Origin: Octopus sinensis
Lineage: Eukaryota
Reading direction: 5' to 3'
DNA: 64,000 bases
Assembly (NCBI RefSeq): GCF_006345805.1
Contig: NC_043011.1
Coordinates: 63,004,464-63,068,463 of the forward strand
A program made the position numbers and the translations under genes. Of the stretch, positions 1-14,147 are shown piece by piece; the first letter of the stretch is position 1, and the number at the start of each line of letters is the position of its first letter. A model generated the notes under the pieces. It was not told the origin of the DNA. It ran no database searches and was given only the letters and a program-made list of their open reading frames with translations.

Positions 1-247
1 TAACTTTAAGAGAATATTCAGCATTGCCAATCATATAACTAAATCAAAAACAATTAGTCTCATTGTTAATAAACATATTGTAACTGTTATTAGTAATTAG
101 TACACAATATAAATATTGCTTAACAATTACATTTGTATTTATATGTCTCATTATAAATGCGCATTAATGTATCCATTCGAACTAATTTATATAAAAAAAT
201 ACGTAAACGTTAGACAAACACACACACAAACACACAGACAGTGGGTG

Positions 248-278
<31 letters not shown>

Positions 279-1283
279 ACAGACAGTGTGGTGCATTAAG
301 AGCTGCACCAAGAGTAAAAACCTAATATTTCTGCGCGTGTATATATATGTTTGTATGTGAGTGTATACGTACATACATACATACACACACACAAACACAC
401 ACACACATATATGTATGTATGTATATATTTATAAATACAGGTATACATATATATAAATATACATATACATATATACATAATATATATATATATATACATA
501 CATTACATACATACATCATATATATATATATATAATATATATACATAGATATATATATATATATATATGTATATGTATGTATGTGTGTATGTATGTATGT
601 ACTTATAATTGTATGTATGTAGACAGTTGTAAAAACGGACATTAACGGAAGATAGACACGCCACATGGAATATTCCATTTCTTTTCTCATTTACTTTGTC
701 TTCTGTTCTTTTAGAAATATTTCCTGCATTGTTTAGTCCACAGAATTCTCCTTTTGTGCAAGGAACAACATTCGATTACGATGGCCACGTGAAACATATT
801 TCTGTTTATTCAAACTTTTAACAACTTCGTATCGCATGTGCATTCAGGTACACATACACACAACCAGAGAAGTACACATACATGTAGATAAGCTTTCACT
901 CGTCGATTACAGATGTTTTGAAATAAGCTATCTACTTTACTGATTATTCGTAGAAACGTTGAGGCTTATGCAGATATGGAAAATATCGACGTATTTGAGA
1001 CAAAGCAATGTATAATACGATTGGCAGGTTGGGTCATACAGACTGACCAGTGAGGGATATCACACGACTACCGTATTATTTCTTCACCGGAATTTAGTAG
1101 ACTCTGGGCCAGAGATTGACAAAGGATAACGTATATAACTTTTTAATATCGATTAGAAATTTGCGTTATAATGTTACATGAACTTCCACACACTCTCACG
1201 AACAGTCACACACACGTATATACACAGGTGTGCTAGTATATATATATATATATATATATATATGCTGATTCGTACACGCACAT

Positions 1284-1362
<79 letters not shown>

Positions 1363-4300
1363 GCGCTGGACTGAAAATATAGCACAAAGGGCGCCATGTT
1401 TACGCCACTGTCGCAATCCAGAGAAAATCACAAGATGTCCTCAACTCGTTGTCTGAAAACGACTTCCATGCCCGATTGTAAAATTGACAGGAACGCTAGG
1501 ACCAGTGTACAGCTGCGCAAGGTGACTATTTCGATGGACAGGTTAAACTACCGTGAAAAAGATATTTTTTATTAAGCATAACTTGTCCGAGTACGTTTTG
1601 ATACGACCTTGTATACGCATACACAAAAGAGAGAGAGAGAGAGAGAGGAGGAAAAGAGAATAATAGGAAAATAGATAGAGCATAAAAATAGATAGATAAT
1701 AGATGGTTAGGTAGAGAGACCAAATTTGTGAAACACATTTTGGCTGTTTGATTAATTACACTGAGAGCGGTAGCAATGGGCAATGTGTTTCAGTGTTGTA
1801 CTCCCTAGATTCACCCTATGGAATCCAATAAATTTTAAACTCTACTTGATATCTGAGGTTTTGAGATGTTTTAGATATGTCTAAACCAAGTAAAACAAAA
1901 AGATTGGTATATTTGAATGTTTACTTAAAGAATATCGCTATACTTGAAATAAACTTACGTGACCCTCAGACGGAAAATCCGTTTCGTTTTTTTCCTCCAG
2001 ATTAAAAGTATTACTGTACCTGGTGTATATGTTCGTTTACTTAACGGATCCCTTCCAAGATTCTCACAATTCTTGCTTTACATTCAAGTATTTCTCGCAA
2101 TTTTCTTTTCATTTGCATGCTACTTTTCGACGGCGCCAGCTGATTCCAATATATATTTGTGTGCAACGAGAAAGCACACGATTGCGATGTGAATTATCTA
2201 AAAACATTATTATGAATTCGTCCTTTAGTGTTGTTATGATTATATATCTGCATAAATGACATTTTATTTGAAAGTTAAATAACGAGCACATTTTCTTTCC
2301 CAGCTCCAGATTCCAAATAGGTCCGTGCCCGCAGAGCAAATCTGATCATTTCTTCATGAAGACCCAACACAAAAGGAATTAAGTTTAACGTTTCTTATGT
2401 TTAAAAGACGTGAAAAATGGATTATTATACAGTTATATCGGGAAGTAGTCACAAAACAGAAACATATAACTAATACTAGAATGTGCCTCAAGGTAGCGAT
2501 AACTTTTATGGCTATCCTATAGTTTCTGAACTGCCGTTCTCTGTTGTTGGATGGTTTCAGCAAAAATCAATAAAGAATGCCAAAGGCAAAGTCGAAAACG
2601 AATAGAATAAAGATAGTGGACACATTTTCGTAAACAATTACATTCATTTGTTCTTTGCCTTTGGTTCGAAATTCTCAACCGGTCAATTCTGAAAATACTT
2701 CATTGTTCTCGCTTATGAACTGCCAAAGGTGCCACACAATGGGACTTAACATGGGACCATGTGGTTAAGAAACAAGACACGGCTATGCATGCAAACGCTC
2801 AGCCAATTTTAAATTATTGAGTAACGCAGCTCCATGTCATCAACTTGCTACTGAAGTTACCTGTTGTAATTATGTTTCTCGGCCCTATTTCGATTACACT
2901 GCAAAGAAAACAGAATATGCAGTGACGTTAGTAAGGCAGGGTTTTGCGGCCTGGTAGGTCAACTATGAAATTTGCACCCCAAAACAGCGACATCAATAAC
3001 AACTACTACGATTAACCCCCCCCCACCATTTTCTTCTGGAACCCTCTGTATCGCAAATACTGCATTTGCTTTAATTTTTGGCACAATGCAAGAAATTTTG
3101 AATGTAGGAAGAAGTAGATTCCATCGACCACAGTTGTCAGCTGCTGCATGCTTTATCAAACTGGAAAGGATGAGAGATAATGGACACAATGCAAAGGTAT
3201 GAACTCAGAACATAAAACCGTAAGAAATGTATGTTCGCCGTTCTTCTTCTTCTTCTTCTTCTTCTTCTTCTTCTTCTTCTTCTTCTTCTTCTTCTTTCTT
3301 CTTCTTCTTCTTTTTCTTCTTCTTCTTCTTCTTCTTCTTTATCTTCTTCTTCTTCTTCTTCTTTATCTTCTTCGTCTTCTATCTACCACCTTCTCCTTCC
3401 CTTCTTACGCTCCCTCCTTTCTCCTCCTCTTACCCCTACCGCCATACAATGATTATTTGACAACGAAACCTTAATATCTGGCTGAAAATCAACAACATGA
3501 TAACTGATGGAATGACATGGCTATATACGATACTCTACACCTGTTTCAACACTGATTGTTCAACAGTCTGTGAATTTCCTCTATCTTTTTGCCGCGTTGC
3601 TCTTTATAACCATATTGATATTTAAGCTATTTTTATAACCATATTGATATTTAAGCTTTTTTGCCAAAGATCGAAGGGGAACAGAAAAATGAATCTACAA
3701 GACAGGCATATATTCTATCAACAGATCCGCATTAATTACTCTATGTATACAGAAGCGTAATTCACAAGCGAATGTAATATGATGTAAGGCATTTCTTTTG
3801 TGCTAATGGCTTTTCACGTCTATATAGACGTCAGCTGACATAGAAGCTCCCTCTGTTGTGCCACACGTAGCCCGGCTGAACGTCTACATGCAACAGCTTG
3901 AGAAACAGGGAGAGGATAAGAGAGAACGTCAGTGAGAGAGATACCCCACTAGCACGAGGTTAGTATTCATCTTACCCTGTGGAGAATAGTGTAAATTGGA
4001 ATGGTGTGACTTGATCCAAGATAATGTATATGCTTGGTCAATGAATCAGTAGTGATTCCAAGAAAAAAAAGTAGATACATTTTCCATTGTCCCAGAGACC
4101 GCGTAGAGGCTCCTTTAAAGTTTCTGAATGTTGCGGAGTTAGATGGCCCCTCCGTCACATTGAAATTCATTCGTTGCCTCTTTTGATAGCCATGGCGGAC
4201 ATATATATTCGCGAATCAATTAACGAACATCACTGTAAGAAACAATGAAGAACAACTGATTATAGAATGTAATTGAATTAAAGGCAATTAGGTGGCAAGT

Positions 4301-5049
4301 TAGAAATAAATTAATTTATCCAAGTCAGATAACAATTACTGCTACCTTTGATTAACGGATGTGCAAACAATTAGTTTGATCAATAATTAGTAGTGAAACA
4401 TCGAAATGTCATTTGAAACACGGAGAGAACGTAAAGGACAATGTTACAAGACGAAATGACTGCGTTGTAATTTTAGCAGCTGTTCTAAAATACCGTAAAC
4501 TAAAATTAATGAAACGTTCTTCGATGTGAGAACGTGCATTTTATTTTACATGAGTATCATTGCTAATATGTATTCAATAGTCAGACTATAATGAATGAAT
4601 GTGTAGCTTGTAATTAACTGCTCAAGGCTAAGAGAAGAATACTGGGTAATAAGCTGAAGTGAATTAGCAATATTGGTGACACAAAGTGTTATTAAAGTCG
4701 ATCCAATTGGTGATGTATTGACACAGTTGGGATCTAGTCAGGCAGGTTTATAATTAAATACATCACGGTAATCGTCATTTCATATATGTAGATATACGTT
4801 CTTCCGTATACCATAGGTTCATAACCGATTTGAGGAAATTGGCCGGGTGAAAGACCGTGTAGTCTCACCGTGCTCTGTCGTAATGGGCTCCCTGCGGCCT
4901 TCGGTAATATATTCGGTTAATATATTAGGTTGAGATTAGATTTTTCATTTCTGATTAAAACGTGATTGGATGTAAACTGGCAGAACGATGCAACGGGTTT
5001 GAATGTATGAATTTATTACGCAAATAACGCCCCTCACACACACACACAC

Positions 5050-5089
<40 letters not shown>

Positions 5090-5206
5090 CTGGTAAAGAC
5101 ATTAAAAGTTCACCTACTATAAACCTCATGCAAGTTTTTTAATTTGCAGTGTACACCGCCACCGGGTGTGAAGCGGTAGGGAAGGAGGAAAACACAGACA
5201 CAAAGA

Positions 5207-5249
<43 letters not shown>

Positions 5250-5931
5250 ATATCTATATATATATATATATACAACGGGCTTCTATCCGTTTCCATCTAG
5301 CAAATCTACTCACAAGACTTTCGCCGACGTGATTATTATAGAAGACACTACTTCAAGCTGCCACGCAGTCAGACTGAATTCAGAACCATGCGATCGGGAA
5401 CCGAGCATCCTACCACATGCACATGCCTGCGCCACTATTATTATTATTATTATTATTGAGATTACTACTAATGAAAACGCCCATTGATTTAATCCGTTTA
5501 AGGAATGAAATTTTCCTTTTTGTTTTACGACCGCATGCATATCGTGGCATAATCACCATTATAGTAAGACGTTATATAATATTCATGTTTCCTTTTAACC
5601 ACCGCTTGTTTACTCACATCGTCTCTCAGTCGAATGAACAATCACAAATTTTATACTCAATATTAAAATGCAAATTTACTGAAGTTATCGAATCTATCAA
5701 CTTAATATTTAATAGCACGAATAAATTTTAATAAATCATTGTTATAGCTTTCTTTTCATGATGTTAAAATTTTTTCACTTTATTGGCAATCTCCAGAATT
5801 TATTTCTTTCCCCCAAATGGCGTATTATGATTTAGATAACACCGGCAAATGGAATAGTAAATTGTTTCCAAGTCATTTGTATACTGTTGTCACATTCCAA
5901 CATCAATGGTTTTATTTATTTTATATTTTAT

Positions 5932-5987
<56 letters not shown>

Positions 5988-6015
5988 GAGTGAGAGAGCA
6001 GTTTATGCCATCAAA

Positions 6016-6075
<60 letters not shown>

Positions 6076-6562
6076 GTTATTATTATTATTATTATTGTTA
6101 TTATTACTGATAGCATTCCGTATAACTTATCTCGAAAACAATGATTAGATTTCTGAGTATTTACATTATATTGTGAATTGGTTTTGCAGATTGTTTGATT
6201 GACGAGAATAGATTTATTGTTTTATTGGATGGAAATAACAGCATATGTTATCATATTGTCGCTAGGTGTCTCTTGTTTATGCTTTTTTTAGCATTAATGC
6301 CATGCGTAAATCCTATATTGGAGTGTTGTATTTGCAAAAGAAAAAGAATTGGAATATTGTGATTAAAATGTCTGCATATTTCAGCTCCTCTGTCTTAATC
6401 TCTATACTTTGAGTTCTCGACAAAATATTTGAGTGTTGAACATTATTTACACATGAATGCAGGTACAGACGGCGACATTGAATTCGCCTCGCTACGTCCT
6501 CATAAAACACAAATATAGTATATACACATAGATGCATATATATATATATATATATATTATAG

Positions 6563-6598
<36 letters not shown>

Positions 6599-6667
6599 CA
6601 TACACACACGCACACATTTGTATATATGTATATAAATATATATATATTAAATATACATATATATATA

Positions 6668-6713
<46 letters not shown>

Positions 6714-6964
6714 ATATATACAAATCGCCATGTGATTCGCTAGCTTCTGCACGCATTTTTTTTCTCTCCTTGTTCCTCTCCGTGTTTCTTTTCTGTGTAT
6801 TTCTGTTGAAGAGCGTAGGCTCGAAACGTAAAAGACGTGTTTTATTTATATTGCTGAGCGCCATACTAATACAATCGTTTGTTTGTATTCCACCTGCCTT
6901 CGTCTTTTGTTTATTTTCATAAAGCTTCCCGTATTATAATATATATATATTATATATATATATA

Positions 6965-7000
<36 letters not shown>

Positions 7001-7259
7001 CCTATCCATTCAAGTTGCTGAACGTCTGCCAAATTTGAAAGGAATAATGTAATCGATGTCAGTTATACGTCATTGAAAAGAGGTTAGCAGGTTTCGAACA
7101 AATGAAAGTGAATACTATTACACTACATACTGAATAGATATCTCAGAGATTTTCACCATATTCATTAAGATGTGTGCAATACGTGACAAATGTAGTAAAC
7201 CATTTTAATACGAAATGATTAAAAAAACAGGTTACGTCATTTTCTTACCAAACTCTAAA

Positions 7260-7645
7260 AGTTATGAGTCTGATCTCCAGCCTTTTGTTATGGCCTCTCT
7301 CTACGGGGTTACGCTGGGTTTCATGTACAGAAATGCTTAGATTTCTTCTGACACTAATGGCTGGTGCCATACAACCTCTCTTCAAAGCGGTGGGAGAAAA
7401 GACTGCATGGCTATATGTTGAACCTAGGGATAACGACGCTTGAGCAATGAAACTCGAATGTTTACCAATCTTGTTCTCCAGCCTATATGAAATATAGTTA
7501 TGGCCGGTCTCTATGGGGTTACCCTAGATTTCACATATAAAAAGTGCTTAGACAATAATGGCCGGTTGCATATAACCTCTCTTCAATGCGGTGGGAGAAA
7601 CACCCTCGTAGCTACTTGTTGAATGCAGGGATAACGAAGCTTGGG
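7260..7645. repeat. Diverged tandem duplication next to the gap (period about 210-215 bp)
   Basis: ctccagcct...gttatggcc..tctcta.ggggttac...aacctctcttcaa.gcggtgggagaaa...agggataacga.gcttg occurs twice. Confidence 0.75.
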
Positions 7646-7684
7646 CAATCACCACACTCTCCTTATTTATATAACGACATTAAA

Positions 7685-7784
7685 NNNNNNNNNNNNNNNN
7701 NNNNNNNNNNNNNNNNNNNNNNNNNNNNNNNNNNNNNNNNNNNNNNNNNNNNNNNNNNNNNNNNNNNNNNNNNNNNNNNNNNNN
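7685..7784. other. Assembly gap (100 N)
   Basis: Run of N. Confidence 1.
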
Positions 7785-8599
7785 CCTGATATATGAGAAA
7801 GATGCTTATCACACTTCTGTCTGTTCATTTCACAAACTGACTATGTTGGAATTATAATGGCTTAAAAGAGTTAGTAGAGCAGAAAAACTGCCCAAATAGG
7901 GCATTATGGGACAACTGAGAGGAAAGGGGTGTAAGTACACAACCTACACAGAATAGTCTATTTCTGTGGTGACAGAAAGTCTGGGTTATATTTGCAGGAA
8001 TCTGAGATTTATAAAAGAAAACATTACTTTTGACCAGCATACAGCTGTTAATTGCCAACCCTACAGAGTTAAAGCAGATATAAGAATATAAAGAGAACAA
8101 GGGAAAGTAATAAAGGGGTCAAAGGCTATCAATAGAGGAAAATACATTAAGAGATTTAAGTGCAATACAAGAAAGGAGGTCATTTAATTAATTTATTTAT
8201 TATCGTTACTATATATACAAATGTTTATACGTTGTAAGACAGATTTTAGGTCTATACCTAGAGATCAATTAATTTCTATAGTAAAAGGTGTGAGAGTATT
8301 GCTTATTCAAAAAAATAGTGAAAATCATAGTGAAAATTCCTTATACTATTATTAAGGGAGTAGCATTGCTTATTTAAACTTATAATAGAAATATGAAGTA
8401 TTAGCAACTTATTTGATTTAAGTTGGGTTACTTAAATTAGATTAAAATTAGATTAAATTAAATTAACTATATAGTCAATTAAAATTTTTGGCAACGTACA
8501 AATACTATTTATTTCTTTGTGTTCCAAACCAGGTACAGTTAGAAAGAAAGAACCACAGTATAAGAGCTCGCAGATATCTATTTAAAATATATCAGAGTC

Positions 8600-9130
8600 T
8601 TGCTTTATTAGTAGAAGCAAGATAGACCTAGCTCCATACGATTATTCTATACGATTTATATTTAAAATATTTTAGAGTCTTAATTTTCGCGTGAATACAA
8701 GAAGGACCCGATTCTATACGGTTATTTAACAAATTCCTATTTTTTCCATGCCTTAGAATTTCATATGTCTCCATGGAGCAGAGTTGGCAACCAACCCTGT
8801 TATTTCTATAAGGCATCGCTCTTCTAACTATTTCCTAATTAAGGTTATATTTAATATTATTTTTGAGTTCCCAGATCTTACTTGAAAGTGTGGTGCAACC
8901 AGCTTTATGACGTAACTTAAAGGAGGAGACATGGTTGCTAACTCTTTTTTATAAATTTATAGTACAACCTAAATTTTAAAAAATGTGCTATTCTCAGTAG
9001 TTATGGTACATTTTATAGATTTCGTTATTTACCACACACAGACCAGGTGCCGGACATTTTGACCTAATTCTACAATTACACCTAGGGGGATCATCTTCAG
9101 ATGTAGAATTATATAAGGATATATATCCCA
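8600..9130 (-). mobile_element. Penelope-like element, GIY-YIG endonuclease C-terminal region (degenerate)
   Basis: The - strand translation SNHVSSFKLRHKAGCTTLSSKIWELK..*EIVRRAMPY..CQLCSMETYEIL..LLNNRIE..CIH fits the PLE endonuclease C-terminal pattern. Contains a stop and frameshifts. Confidence 0.75.
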
Positions 9131-9134
9131 TATT

Positions 9135-9430
9135 CTTGCTATTCTGCTAGAGCAGATACCCCTAATAATTTCGATATACCCATAGGTTCTAGTGATTCGG
9201 CTGAGGTAGCTAATTTGGTAGTTGCATATCTATTAAAGTGCATAAAAAAGGAGATCCCAGAATTACGAGGTGGTCTATACAGGGATGATGCTCTGTTTGT
9301 TATCCCTAGTAATAATAAATCTAACATTGAACGGATTAGAAAGAAAATTAATAGGTTCTTTAAAGATTTCAACCTTAGCATAACGTGAACCTGGCACTAA
9401 AATAGTCAATTTCCTAGATATTACATTTTG
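9135..9430 (+). mobile_element. Penelope-like reverse transcriptase fragment
   Basis: FDIPIGSSDSAEVANLVVAYLL...GGLYRDDAL...KIVNFLDITF (PLE RT YRDD catalytic motif and NFLD motif), with one frameshift. Confidence 0.8.
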
Positions 9431-9665
9431 GGTAAGGTTTTTCTATGTCACACACTATAATCTTCACAGCCTTCCGTGTCATATGTTATAATTTTAGTAA
9501 CGTCGTTCTTCTGTGGAAATGTATCCTTATGTTATACGCAGGATAGCTTCTTCCCCATTACAGATTCATTTATACTGGGATTGGGGGGGGGGTGATTCCA
9601 AACTTTCTTCAGCGTCTGCCTCTACTATTGCTTTTCTTTGAATATTTTAGGAGGTAAATTTTAAC

Positions 9666-9836
9666 AGGCGCAGGAGTGGCTGTGTGGTAAGTAGCTTGCT
9701 AACCAACCACATGGTTCCGGGTTCAGTCCCACTGCGTGGCATCTTGGGCAAGTGTCTTCTGCTATAGCCCCGGGCCGACCAATGCCTTGTGAGTGGATTT
9801 GGTAGACGGAAACTGAAAGAAGCCTGTCGTATATAT

Positions 9837-9876
<40 letters not shown>

Positions 9877-10095
9877 TTGTGTGTCTGTGTTTGTCCCCCT
9901 AGCATTGCTTGACAACAGATGCTGGTGTGTTTACGTCCCCGTCACTTAGCGGTTCGGCAAAAGAGACCGATATAATAAGTACTGGGCTTACAAAGAATAA
10001 GTCTCGGGGTCGATTTGCTCGACTAAAGAAAGGCGGTGCTCCAGCATGGCCGCAGTCAAATGACTGAAACAAGTAAAAGAGTAAAAGAGAGTAAA
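9666..10095 (+). mobile_element. tRNA-derived SINE, full length, octopus-type. Other copies at about 25343-25715(+), 47047-47425(+), 33557-33930(+), 47880-48303(-), 40655-40968(-), 37270-37586(-), 5270-5432(-)
   Basis: A-box-like TGGCTGTGTGG and B-box-like GGTTCAGTCCC, internal (TA)/(TG) tract, A-rich tail, many dispersed copies in the window. Confidence 0.85.
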
Positions 10096-10551
10096 GAGAG
10101 TCCCGTCCAGGTGGCAAGTCAATAACTTGTTACTAAATATATCTCAACAAGTGAGTTCTTGTAAGAAATGCAAAAGACGTGGGCCTCAAAGAGTGAAAAA
10201 ACTAAAGATTTTCACACTTGCATTTTCGCGTAGAATGAGAAAGAAAGGGGATGCGTACGTGTGTGTGTGTCTGTGTGTGAGACAGAGGTGGGAGGAAAGA
10301 TACATAGATGGATCAATACATAGATATATATATAGAGAGAGAGACAGCTTGAGTGAAAACGAAACAGAGAAAGTGAGTTGGTGTATGCGCTCTGACTAGT
10401 TATTCTCTCGTAATAAATGTGTGTGCGCTGAGTGTATGCTGTCTGTGATCATGTGCCTGTGTGTACGTTTGTGTCCGCGTTCGTGTGTGCTTAAATATAT
10501 ATATATATAAAGACATGTAGATATACATATATGCATGTATGTCTATACATA

Positions 10552-11752
10552 CAGGCGTTGGGCAAAATAAAGGAAAACCTTAAAATTTCAAACAAATTTA
10601 TTATAACATGGGATAGGACCGCCTTTGGCAGTAATTACAGGTTCAATTCTACGAGGACTAGACTCGTACAAAATTTGAAATGATTCCTAAGGGAATTTCT
10701 CCATTCTTCAACTGAAACACTCTCCAGTTCTTGTAGTAATGACGGTGGAGGATATCGACTCCTTACTTGCTTTCCAAAATTGCGCCATAAATATTCAATG
10801 AGAACGTTCCTCGTGCCATTCCGTAACAATTTTAACTGTGTGAATTAGTGCATTATCATCCTGAAAGATTTTGTTTCCCTCCGGAAGCAGTTCTACATAC
10901 ATAGGATAAATTTGGTCAGATAAGATGCTAAAACAGTCTTGACTATTAATTATGCGATGAAAGAAAACCATTGGGCCGGCGGATTTCCAAGATATATCGC
11001 CCCAGATCATCACAGATCCTCCTCCATGTTTAATAGTTGGAAGAAGGCAGTTGTAGTCAAATGCTTGTTTTGGCTGTCTCCAGACGTATACTCGGCCGGT
11101 GGTCGGAAATAAGATAAAGGATGATTTGTCCGGGAAAATAACATTCTTTCACTGCTGTAGGAACCAATTCTGTAGGTTTTTACCCCACTCTAAACGCTTT
11201 GAAGGTTTTTCTTTTAGTAATAGTTTTCTGATTGCATCCCTCCCATGAAATCCGACTTTGTGCTGCTCCCGGCGAACAGTTTTTATGGGAACAGTGTTCT
11301 AGATGTGGTCATTAAGCTCTGCAGTAATTTTAGGAGCTGTACTTATATGATCCTTTCTAACAATTCGCATAAGAGTCCGACGGTCCCTATCTGAAAGTTT
11401 AGGCTTTCTTCCGGAGTTTCTCTTTCACAAAGGCTGTCATTACTTTTGAGACATTCCTTCTTGATACACCAAACATTTCGGCTGTTTGGTTACGCTAGCG
11501 CCTATAATTTGAGCATAGGCAAGTTAAATTCTTTGAAAGTGCGATAGATCAATCATTTTAATGAATCTTGATTCCCTTCTTCTGATGATATCTGAAAAGA
11601 AAACGCCATTTCGCAAAACATATTAAAAAAACACTAATACCAAAAAAAAAAAGAAAAACATGAAAATAAGCAAGCTTTTGGCAGTTTTAGAGATATTTCA
11701 AAATGATGATGGTGTGATGCTAGGTGTTTCCATTATTTTGTCCCACGCCTTG
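10552..11752 (-). mobile_element. Tc1-family DNA transposon fossil with TIRs of about 30 bp
   Basis: CAGGCGTTGGGCAAAATAAAGGAAA after TA and TTTCCATTATTTTGTCCCACGCCTTG at the other end. Broken transposase includes VMIWG...IFQDDNALIH. Confidence 0.85.
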
Positions 11753-11888
11753 CACCGTCTCTGATGAAGGGATATATAGAAAATTCGGAAAATAAATGTT
11801 CTGAATACTTTCTCAGCCTTGCATATTTTATCTCATTTGGTTAAATTATTTATATGTCGACATATATACATACATATATATGTGTATG

Positions 11889-11970
<82 letters not shown>

Positions 11971-12059
11971 CATATATATATTTATAATAATAATAATAAT
12001 AATAATAAATAATAATAATAATAATAATAATAATAATCGATATAAACGTATCTGTCAAG

Positions 12060-12461
12060 ACCTACCAAAAACTGAGCAAATATAAAGATCTTGAAATAGA
12101 AATCAGCAAAATACCTGTTGTCATAGGTGCCCTGGGAATGATAGCAAAAGGGGCTGATAGCTACCTAACTCAGATATCAGGAAACCCAAAAATGGCAGAA
12201 ATTCAAAGGATAGTGCTCATGGGAACTGCTCATATCCTACGCAAAATACTTTCTATGTAATCTCAAGGTTTAAAACAAACATAATTTTCAGTTTAAAAAA
12301 AAAAAAATTTTTAGACATTCATTAGTACAACACCAAAAACTCTCCCCCAAATATATGGCACACTAGGCATAACAACAACATGAACTTCCAACCTGTAGTC
12401 TCTTGAGGTCTCTGGGTGAGACTTGGAGCCAACTTGTACAAATATAAAGCAACAGTCAAAC

Positions 12462-12462
<1 letters not shown>
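12060..12462 (+). mobile_element. Dong/R4-like LINE 3' fragment
   Basis: KLSKYKDLEIEISK...PVVIGALGMI...IQRIVLMGTAHILRKILSM*, bounded by (AAT)n tracts. Confidence 0.75.
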
Positions 12463-12529
<67 letters not shown>

Positions 12530-12534
<5 letters not shown>

Positions 12535-12995
12535 GATGGGCTACAGCAAATATTCTGCTCAATACCACAGATTTGCTTGTCAGTTGTTTGACCTTGACCA
12601 TTTGAGCATGTCCTTTAGTGGCTGACGATATGTGCATCTCTGATCACGAGCAGAAGTAGTGGGGGAGCATCATAGCCATGTGTTGAGAAGGATTCTTTGG
12701 GGTTTGAATAATTCACCTCTGGAAACATAGGTGTTTCGTTCAACGTCCTTAAACAACCCTTATTCAGGGACCTTTTGAGCGGGATGGGTTACTCGATCTG
12801 AAGAAAATTCTAACTGGGCTCCACCTGCAAGGTCATGTGCTGTTTATCTTGATATAAGATCACCATATCGCGCACATATAGTTGTGATGCATGTGCCTGG
12901 TGTACCCTTATCAGACGGGTAGTCATGATGGGTATACTGGGCTTCGTATATTTTACCCCAGTGTCACTTTGATGGTATGCTCTGCTCGCTCACTC
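12530..12995 (-). mobile_element. (AAT)n-associated retroelement fragment, shared with 40330-40558
   Basis: 12767-12995 is nearly identical to 40328-40558. Both are embedded in AAT repeats. Strand is tentative. Confidence 0.6.
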
Positions 12996-13450
12996 AATAA
13001 TAATAATAATAAAGTGTAGATGAACAGGAACTTCCACACAGGTACTAAGAAGCACACACATTTAAGACACTTACCTGCACACACACACATACATCCCCCC
13101 ACACACACATACTTACTCATACACGAACATACAAATTTACAGGAATATCCATGCAGTGCTTCTTGTGTAGCTATAAACAACGGTCCGTATTTATCAACAA
13201 TTACCAACTTTCAGTAAAATATACTTTCATTATGTTTATCGTTCCACCACAAAAACAATCCTATCTCTTCAAATTACTACAGTTCTATCGGTATTAATTC
13301 GCTGTATTTTACTTTCGTTTGTTTTATTACATTCTTCCGGCAATAACTGGCTTTGTATTATTAACTTCGTTTAAACTTCTCGTCTTACATATAACGTTAC
13401 TTCGAAATCTAAAATTACGAGCCAAAAAATAATAATTTCATTCAAGTAAA

Positions 13451-13646
<196 letters not shown>

Positions 13647-13674
13647 CAAATATATATATATATACAAATATATA

Positions 13675-13889
13675 TGGCAGAAACGTTAGCACGCCGGGCG
13701 AAATGCGTAGCTGTATTTCGTCTGTCGTCACGTTCCGAGTTCAAATTCCGCCGAGGTCGACTTTGCCTTTCATCCTTTCGGGGTCGATAAATTAAGTACC
13801 AGTTACACACTGGGTCGATATAATCGACTTAATCCGTTCGTCTGTCCTTGTTTGTCCCGTCTGTGTTTAGCCCCTTGTGGGTAGTAAAG

Positions 13890-13892
<3 letters not shown>
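13675..13892 (+). mobile_element. Second SINE family (core GTCGACTTTGCCTTTCATCCTTTCGGGGTCGATAAATTAAGTACC). Copies at about 30045-30630 (three tandem), 31320-31490, 31531-31750 and 60195-60390
   Basis: B-box GAGTTCAAATTCC and a conserved central domain repeated across the window. Confidence 0.8.
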
Positions 13893-13927
<35 letters not shown>

Positions 13928-14088
13928 GTACATCCATCCATACATACATACATACATACATACATACATACATACATACACACATACACAGTAACTAGCA
14001 CTTGGGTATGAATAACTGGGTACACTACCAGCAGTATATTGGATAGGTACTATCCCTTAGTTGGTTTCTTAGACTCTAACTCAGACTG

Positions 14089-14141
<53 letters not shown>

Positions 14142-14147
14142 TATATA

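Noticed and set aside
715-847. Plus-strand exon-like segment (strong acceptor; IFPALFSPQNSPFVQGTTFDYDGHVKHISVYSNF*)
   Set aside because: No partner exons or recognisable homology in the window; cannot be supported.
11755-11800. CTGATGA...GAAA hammerhead-like motif (lone CTGATGA also near 11582, 28872 and 42169)
   Set aside because: Stems I and III cannot be formed convincingly.
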